Below the pieces are notes generated by a model that made no database searches, was not told the DNA's origin, and saw only the letters and a program-made list of their open reading frames with translations. A stretch of 64,000 nt of DNA from Candidatus Gottesmanbacteria bacterium (GTDB lineage: Bacteria > Patescibacteriota > Microgenomatia > UBA10105 > UBA927), in NCBI GenBank assembly GCA_903821745.1, contig CAIJMI010000005.1:57051-121050 (forward strand). The letters run 5' to 3'. Below, one piece after another: positions 57,961 to 64,000 of the stretch; within the stretch, counting starts at the first letter, position 1, and the number at the start of each line of letters is the position of its first letter. Position numbers and translations under genes: made by a program.

Positions 57961-59538
57961 ATGCAATTATCAAATACCGTTGAGAATTTACTTGCAGTTT
58001 TTGAAACTGATCGCATCCAATCCAAAGGAGAAAGTGGAATCTCCGTTTCCCGCACCGTATCTGCCCTTGCTACCCTTTATGAAAAAGCTCGAAATGCTGT
58101 GGAATTTCGAGCGGAGCACTTAGTTAGACGAGCTGCAATTGAACGTATCCTCAAACGCCGAATAATGCTTGGCGAAAACGCTGAGACTATTGCCGAAAAT
58201 TTAGGCATCGAGCTCATGTGGGCAAAATACATTGATAGCTCACTTATTACAGAACAAAAGGGGAAAGAGCTCACTGCCATCATCAGACGCTATCTCTTTA
58301 TTCGGCAAAACGTGTTTGGAACATCTGGAAAAAGAAAAGACCTCACATGGGGAATGATGCTTGGACTTGCTTCATCAGAAATTGATGAAACAATCGTATC
58401 ACCACAAAAACGTGCAGCATTAGTTAATTTTGTGTATCAAGCATTTAAAGACAGAATTAAAATTCCACGACTTGATGGGAAACAACACGATATCCAAACG
58501 TATATTGCGGTGGAACGCGCATTTGCTCAAGCAGATAACGCGCTCATTTCATATCATCTTCTCCATATCATGTATCCAGCATGGTTCACTGTTCAAGATG
58601 ACACGATCGCACAACATATAGATCAATTTCTTGATCAGATGCAATACATCCAGGATAATTTATTTTTACGGGTCAATGCACCAATCGTCCGACATCTGCG
58701 TTCCCAGCTTCCACCATACCGCCTAATCCGCGATTTGTTCCTTGAACAAAAAGAATCAGAACTACGAGAAATCATCAACGATTCTGAAAAACTCGACACA
58801 GCTCTGACCACGCTTGCAAATAAACGGTATCACGAAATCGGAGCAAAAGTACGACGAGCAGTTCTTAGAAGCATCATTTATATATTTTTGACTAAAATGA
58901 TACTTGCACTGGCTCTTGAGGCACCATATGACATGTTTGTCGCCAAAAAGGTTGCATACATACCGCTTCTGATTAATCTCTTATTTCCACCAATACTGCT
59001 TTATTTTGTTGCAGGATTTATTAAAATTCCTGGGCTTGATAATACAAAGTTACTTGTTGCTAAAGCAAAAGACATATTACATTATTTTGACACCGCAAAA
59101 GTTTCAGGTGGTATTTATACAGGAGCAGTAAAAAACAACCGACCAATCCTTTCAGCAATATTTACCATGTTCTATATTGCTGCATTTGCAGTAGTATTCG
59201 GCCTTATTACACTGGGACTAACACGCTTACACTTTACACTCGTTAGTCAAATTATCTTTGTATTTTTTGTTGCCTTGGTTTCCATATTTGCATATCGAAT
59301 TAGACAGTCAGCAAAGGAATATGAAGTTATTGAACATCAGGGCATTCTTGAACCACTCATCGATTTCTTCTTTTTACCAATTCTTCGTGCTGGAGACATG
59401 CTATCCAAAGAAATTGCAAAAATTAACTTCTTTATTTTCCTTTTCGATTTTGTCCTCGAAGCGCCACTCAAAGTTATCTTTGGGGTTGTTGAGGAATGGA
59501 TCCGTTTTATACGGATGAAAAAAGAAGAAATCTTGTAA
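57961..59538 (+). CDS. hypothetical protein: ~300-aa soluble N-terminal domain plus 4-5 C-terminal TM helices
   Basis: Intact 525-aa ORF with no recognisable catalytic motif. Hydrophobic helices run from ~aa 300 (IIYIFLTKMILALAL; IPLLINLLFPPILLYFVAGFI; ILSAIFTMFYIAAFAVVFGLITLGL; IIFVFFVALVSIFAY). It lies 10 nt upstream of the hydrogenase module. Confidence 0.45.
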   Translation: MQLSNTVENLLAVFETDRIQSKGESGISVSRTVSALATLYEKARNAVEFRAEHLVRRAAIERILKRRIMLGENAETIAENLGIELMWAKYIDSSLITEQKGKELTAIIRRYLFIRQNVFGTSGKRKDLTWGMMLGLASSEIDETIVSPQKRAALVNFVYQAFKDRIKIPRLDGKQHDIQTYIAVERAFAQADNALISYHLLHIMYPAWFTVQDDTIAQHIDQFLDQMQYIQDNLFLRVNAPIVRHLRSQLPPYRLIRDLFLEQKESELREIINDSEKLDTALTTLANKRYHEIGAKVRRAVLRSIIYIFLTKMILALALEAPYDMFVAKKVAYIPLLINLLFPPILLYFVAGFIKIPGLDNTKLLVAKAKDILHYFDTAKVSGGIYTGAVKNNRPILSAIFTMFYIAAFAVVFGLITLGLTRLHFTLVSQIIFVFFVALVSIFAYRIRQSAKEYEVIEHQGILEPLIDFFFLPILRAGDMLSKEIAKINFFIFLFDFVLEAPLKVIFGVVEEWIRFIRMKKEEIL

Positions 59539-59547
59539 TAATCGTTC

Positions 59548-60570
59548 ATGAAACAATTGTCTTCTGAAGAACTACTTACAAAAATCGAAAAAGCGCACCT
59601 CGTGGGTCGTGGCGGAAGCGGCTATTCAACGGCGACAAAATGGAAAGAGATGTTTGCAAAACATCATGACAGCATCTATATGGCGGTCAATGGATCTGAA
59701 GGAGAGCCTGGGACACTCAAGGACGGATACATTTTAAAAAATTGTCTACCTGACCTTTTATACGGTATTTCCCAAGCTTACGTTATTTTCCCGCAGACAA
59801 AATCCATATATCTCTATCTTCGAAAAGATTATTTTGAAACGTATAAAGACGCGATAGAAAATGAGCTCAAAAATTCAGTTCCAACACTTCCCCTTCTTAT
59901 GTTTAAAGAACCAGGCGGATATCTTTGCGGTGAAAACACGGTTCTTGTAAATGCAATTGAACAAAAACGGTTAGAGCCACGAAGAAAACCACCATATATT
60001 TCGGAAAAAGGATTATTTGATAAACCAACAATCGTTAACAATCTGGAAACTTTTTATCAAATAGGGAAAATTGCAAAAGACGAATATCGCGATACGAGGT
60101 TGTATTCAATTACTGGGGCCATTACAAATCCCGGAGTGTATGAAGAAGCCAATACCATTACCGTTTTTGAGCTTCTTGCTAAAACAAATAATGTACTCGG
60201 CGACACCATGTTTGTGCAGCTTGGCGGGGGAGCAAGCGGAATATATCTTACCAAAGAAGAACTGGCACAAACACCAGCCAACCGAGGCACCGGAGCACTC
60301 ATTATATATGACAGTACCACATGCTCATTTCTTTCCCTTCTGACGGAAAAGCTTCAATTTTTAATTGGAGAAAATTGTGGAAAATGTACACCTTGCAGAG
60401 AAGGGTTGTACCGTATGCACGAAATGGTAACAAAGGGACAATGGAATGAAACGCTTGCCAAGGACATTGCCGAAACGCTTGCCAAAACGAGTTTTTGCGG
60501 TCTTGGCGTGGGCGCTGGAAATGCGTTCGTCAGTTTATTTACAAAAAAGGATCAACTATGGAAAAAATAA
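59548..60570 (+). CDS. NuoF-like NADH-binding flavoprotein / 51-kDa subunit homologue (HydB-like), short form
   Basis: ...GRGGSGYSTATKW... (FMN/NADH site), ...VNGSEGEPGTLKDGY... and the [4Fe-4S] motif ...ENCGKCTPCREG...; 340 aa versus ~420-600 aa for canonical NuoF/HydB. Confidence 0.6.
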   Translation: MKQLSSEELLTKIEKAHLVGRGGSGYSTATKWKEMFAKHHDSIYMAVNGSEGEPGTLKDGYILKNCLPDLLYGISQAYVIFPQTKSIYLYLRKDYFETYKDAIENELKNSVPTLPLLMFKEPGGYLCGENTVLVNAIEQKRLEPRRKPPYISEKGLFDKPTIVNNLETFYQIGKIAKDEYRDTRLYSITGAITNPGVYEEANTITVFELLAKTNNVLGDTMFVQLGGGASGIYLTKEELAQTPANRGTGALIIYDSTTCSFLSLLTEKLQFLIGENCGKCTPCREGLYRMHEMVTKGQWNETLAKDIAETLAKTSFCGLGVGAGNAFVSLFTKKDQLWKK

Positions 60571-62240
60571 CAATTACTGTTGATGGAAATGGCATGCAGG
60601 TTACTGAAGGACAGCAATTACTTGCTGCTTTACAAGAACAGGGAATTAAGATTCCTGCTCTTTGTTATCATCCAGATTTCGAACCGGAAGAAAATTGCAG
60701 ATTATGCCTGGTTGAAGTAAACGGTAAAATTGTCACTTCCTGTAGCACGCGAATCAAACAAGGAATGGTTGTTCAAACAAATACCGAAGAACTGCTCAAA
60801 CTTCGAAAGACTAATGCAGAACTTTTGATTGCCAATTATGAAGGTTCCGATACCAGCTTTCGAAAAACCCTGTTACAGGAAATAACCTGTGAAGCAGGGG
60901 TCTGTCACACATCATCCTTGGTCCCACGAAAAAGTAAACGGGGAGAACTGCATTTTAGGGATATTCTGTTTTATGATCTCAAAAAATGCGTTGATTGCAG
61001 AAACTGCGTAAAAGCCTGTCAGACACAAAGCGTCTGTGCAGTATGTGTCAAAAATTATGGATATAGAGAGGAAATATCAAAACGGAATGACCGCTATTGC
61101 GTTTTTTGTGGCCAGTGTTTAGCGCATTGTCCAGCAGGAGCCATTTCGACAAATCCCATAATGGCAACAGAGGTCGGTACACTACTAACAAAAAAGGACA
61201 ACAAACCAGTAATGGTTGCACAAATAGCGCCTGCTGTTCGGGCAGCAATTGGTGAAGAATTCGGACTTCCGCATGGAACAATCGCAACAGAACAATTAAC
61301 GGAATCGTTAAAAAAAATCGGATTTGATTACGTATTTGATGTATCCGTTGGTGCAGATCTTACGACGGTAGAAGAGGCAAAAGAATTAGTACATCGTATC
61401 CAAACCAAAGGAAAACTGCCGATGTTTACATCTTGCTGTCCCGGATGGGTGAGGTATTTGGGAGTCTATTTTCCAAAGCTGTTACCAAATCTGACAACGG
61501 TGCATTCCCCACAAATTATGATGGCAGGCATTATTAAATGGTATTGGGCTAAAAAAATGCAGATTCCCAAAGAACGCGTTCACGTTGTATCGATCATGCC
61601 GTGTTTGGCAAAAAAATGGGAATCCCGGAGACCGGAATATCAAATTGATGGCATCAATCGTATCGATAACGTCTTAACAACCGTTGAAATTGCACGAATG
61701 ATTAAAGAAAAGGGAATTGATATTGCCAAGCTCAAAGGTGTACCCATGGATGACCCATTAGGGGATCCGACGGGTGCTGGTGTTATCTTTGGCGCTTCAG
61801 GCGGCGTAATGGTTGCGGCGCTTCGGTCAGGCTTTTATTTGCTTACTGGAAAAAATCCTGAAATTTTAGAATTTGAAAAAATTACAACGCTTGATGGATA
61901 TAAAACCATGGAAGTATCAGCACCAGGACTTAAACTTCGCGTTGCAGCAATTGATGGTCTTGGCAACGTCGGCAAAATCATAACAAAATTGAATGACTTT
62001 GATTATATAGAAGTCATGGCCTGCCGCGGAGGTTGCATTGGTGGAGGTGGACAACCGGTTCCTGTCAATGACAATATCAGAAAAAAACGTGCGGCAGCGC
62101 TATTTTCGATTGACAAAAACGCACCACTTCGTTTTGCGCATGACAATCCAGCCATCAAAATATTATATAAAGAATTTTTGACAGATGAACAAACAATCCA
62201 TACAATCTGTCATTATGGTCCACACCCTTCAGGAAGCTGA
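60558..62240 (+). CDS. hydA: [FeFe]-hydrogenase catalytic subunit with N-terminal 2Fe-2S ferredoxin-like and 4Fe-4S cluster domains
   Basis: H-cluster motifs L1 ...FTSCCPGWVRY..., L2 ...MPCLAKKWES... and L3 ...EVMACRGGCIGGGGQP.... The N-terminal ...ALCYHPDFEPEENCRLCLVEV... is a 2Fe-2S domain, with two C.{2}C.{2}C.{3}CP ferredoxin motifs. I placed the start at the ATG at 60558, overlapping the previous stop. Confidence 0.9.
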   Translation: MEKITITVDGNGMQVTEGQQLLAALQEQGIKIPALCYHPDFEPEENCRLCLVEVNGKIVTSCSTRIKQGMVVQTNTEELLKLRKTNAELLIANYEGSDTSFRKTLLQEITCEAGVCHTSSLVPRKSKRGELHFRDILFYDLKKCVDCRNCVKACQTQSVCAVCVKNYGYREEISKRNDRYCVFCGQCLAHCPAGAISTNPIMATEVGTLLTKKDNKPVMVAQIAPAVRAAIGEEFGLPHGTIATEQLTESLKKIGFDYVFDVSVGADLTTVEEAKELVHRIQTKGKLPMFTSCCPGWVRYLGVYFPKLLPNLTTVHSPQIMMAGIIKWYWAKKMQIPKERVHVVSIMPCLAKKWESRRPEYQIDGINRIDNVLTTVEIARMIKEKGIDIAKLKGVPMDDPLGDPTGAGVIFGASGGVMVAALRSGFYLLTGKNPEILEFEKITTLDGYKTMEVSAPGLKLRVAAIDGLGNVGKIITKLNDFDYIEVMACRGGCIGGGGQPVPVNDNIRKKRAAALFSIDKNAPLRFAHDNPAIKILYKEFLTDEQTIHTICHYGPHPSGS

Positions 62241-63408
62241 AAACTATTGTAACTCGTTTATCGCCCCAATGGGCAAACACCGAGAACGAACATTGGACCG
62301 AATGAAAACGCTAATGGATTTGCTCGGCAATCCTCAAAAAACCGTAACCGTGATTCATGTCGGTGGGTCAACAGGGAAAAGTTCTACAGCATATATCATA
62401 GCTGTTCTTCTTGAAACAACAGGTCTTCGAGTTGGTCTTCATATAAAACCCCATCTCCAAAAAATTACCGAGCGGTGCTGTATTAATCGCATACCAATAC
62501 CCGATGACCAATTTATTGCTTACGTCAACGCTATTCAACCATATATCAATACAATGATCGAAAAACCAACATACTTTGAGATCCTTGTTGCCATAACACT
62601 TTGGTATTTTGCCAAAAATCACGTTGATGTTGCAGTCATGGAGGTTGGACGTGGCGGACGAGTCGATGCAACAAATATCTGTTCTTCAAAACTATACGTT
62701 TTAACGAATGTTACGCTTATGCATACCGATATTCTTGGAAAAACGCTTGAAGATATCACGAAAGAAAAAATGGGAATAGTCAAACACAAGAACATGAAGG
62801 TAATCACAGGTGTTAGCCAGCCAAAATTACGATCATATCTTCAAAAGCTTGGACGAACACTGCATATTCCGATAACAATGGTTAATATAACTAAACACCT
62901 TACGCCATTAGAACAAAACCAGCGCCTTGCCATTGCCGCAGTGAAACTATTTACGTCAATTACGGAATCACAAATTCAACAGTGTCTGTCAACGATACAA
63001 ATTCCGGGACGAATGGAAATATGGGTAGTGAACGGACAAACGTTCATCATGGATAATGGTAAAACCAATAAATTTCTTACATTACTTCCATATCGATTTC
63101 CTAAAAAAAACATGCATGTTGTACTTCCTGCACAACTACTACTCAATACCAAAGCACTTATAAAGCAAACGGCTCCGTTTACTTCAGAATTTATTTTTGT
63201 TTCTTTTCCTGAAAGGCGTCCAGGAAAAATGGATAGGGCTCTAATGGAAAAAAGTATTCAAAAAAAACACAGAACATTTATTGATATAGAAAAATTTATT
63301 AGAACCTATATGAATAAACCCAACGAGGATGTTTTTTTAATCACCGGGAGCTTGAAGCTCATCGGCGCCATCCGCACTATCTTAAAACCTTCAATTGAAC
63401 TAAAATGA
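62215..63408 (+). CDS. folC: folylpolyglutamate synthase / dihydrofolate synthase (Mur-ligase family)
   Basis: P-loop ...VIHVGGSTGKSST... ~47 aa from the proposed start, plus Mur-ligase middle and C-terminal domains. The start is uncertain (Met candidates at 62185, 62215, 62269) and overlaps the hydA 3' end. Confidence 0.75.
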   Translation: MVHTLQEAENYCNSFIAPMGKHRERTLDRMKTLMDLLGNPQKTVTVIHVGGSTGKSSTAYIIAVLLETTGLRVGLHIKPHLQKITERCCINRIPIPDDQFIAYVNAIQPYINTMIEKPTYFEILVAITLWYFAKNHVDVAVMEVGRGGRVDATNICSSKLYVLTNVTLMHTDILGKTLEDITKEKMGIVKHKNMKVITGVSQPKLRSYLQKLGRTLHIPITMVNITKHLTPLEQNQRLAIAAVKLFTSITESQIQQCLSTIQIPGRMEIWVVNGQTFIMDNGKTNKFLTLLPYRFPKKNMHVVLPAQLLLNTKALIKQTAPFTSEFIFVSFPERRPGKMDRALMEKSIQKKHRTFIDIEKFIRTYMNKPNEDVFLITGSLKLIGAIRTILKPSIELK

Positions 63409-63412
63409 TCAT

Positions 63413-63961
63413 GTGATCAGCATCCAAGACCAAAAACAAATGCTTCGAAAACAAATACTTCTTGCCCGGAGAGCGTTTATTGGTCCTCCAAAACAAAAAG
63501 CAGATCGACTAATTTTTCAAAATATCACACACCATCAGCTTTATCAAAACGCAAAAACGATTTGCACCTATGTGTCCTTGGCAGACGAAGCTGACACACA
63601 TGCGCTTATTGATAATATTCTTACAAAAGAAGATAAAACACTGGTTGTGCCAAAAATTGAAGGTGAAACCATCACACTCTATCGCATTCATTCCTACGCA
63701 GATTTAGAAAAAGGAACACTCGGTATATTGGAACCCAAAAAAGGATGTGCATTGGCAACGATTGAGACAGTAGATCTTTTTATTGTCCCTGGCGTTGCAT
63801 TCGGCCATGACGGAACACGCATTGGTATGGGAAAAGGATATTATGACCGACTGCTTGCTAAAACCAACGCAACAAAAATTGGTATCGCATACCCGTTTCA
63901 AATTTTCGATTCCATTCCAACAACGGACAGGGATGAACGCGTTGATCTTCTTATATCCTAA
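63413..63961 (+). CDS. 5-formyltetrahydrofolate cyclo-ligase
   Basis: ...VDLFIVPGVAFGHDGTRIGMGKGYYDRLL... is the MTHFS signature; 182 aa. Confidence 0.85.
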   Translation: MISIQDQKQMLRKQILLARRAFIGPPKQKADRLIFQNITHHQLYQNAKTICTYVSLADEADTHALIDNILTKEDKTLVVPKIEGETITLYRIHSYADLEKGTLGILEPKKGCALATIETVDLFIVPGVAFGHDGTRIGMGKGYYDRLLAKTNATKIGIAYPFQIFDSIPTTDRDERVDLLIS

Positions 63962-64000
63962 CGTAGGCAACAGCTACATCTTGCATCAATCTGATTGTGC

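Overview
This 64-kb window looks like a streamlined, AT-rich, CPR/Patescibacteria-like bacterial chromosome segment. Genes are short, tightly packed and often overlap at start/stop codons. Several enzymes are archaeal-type: class I fructose-bisphosphate aldolase and a bifunctional phosphoglucose/phosphomannose isomerase. Eleven tRNAs are scattered through the window, and I saw no rRNA, no CRISPR array and no transposase or integrase.

The core content runs roughly in this order: the end of an F-type ATP synthase operon; pyrimidine genes upp and pyrG; rplS; a glycolysis/gluconeogenesis block with pps, eno, a class I aldolase, a pfkB-type kinase, pgi/pmi and pmm; and a compact SOS/NER locus in which lexA sits head-to-head with uvrB-uvrA-[transglutaminase-like]-uvrC, separated by a 5-7-5 palindrome that I call as a LexA box. 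Further along are dinB, metK, rarA, secG, folE/folC/MTHFS, and a minimal [FeFe]-hydrogenase module preceded by a large unknown membrane protein.

The most unusual stretch is a tRNA-rich accessory region (~42.3-48.6 kb). It contains an AT-rich two-gene cassette at 43007-46154: a protein with a C-terminal OmpR/PhoB-type winged helix but a ~300-aa unrecognisable N-terminus, followed by a 641-aa protein with a minimal-nucleotidyltransferase-like hG-S-x9-DxD motif and a long uncharacterised C-terminus. I nominate this pair as a candidate undescribed regulatory or defence-like system. The same region also holds a type-IV-pilin-like gene without a canonical start codon, an acyltransferase and four tRNAs.

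Everything here is read from the sequence and the supplied ORF track. No database searches were run.
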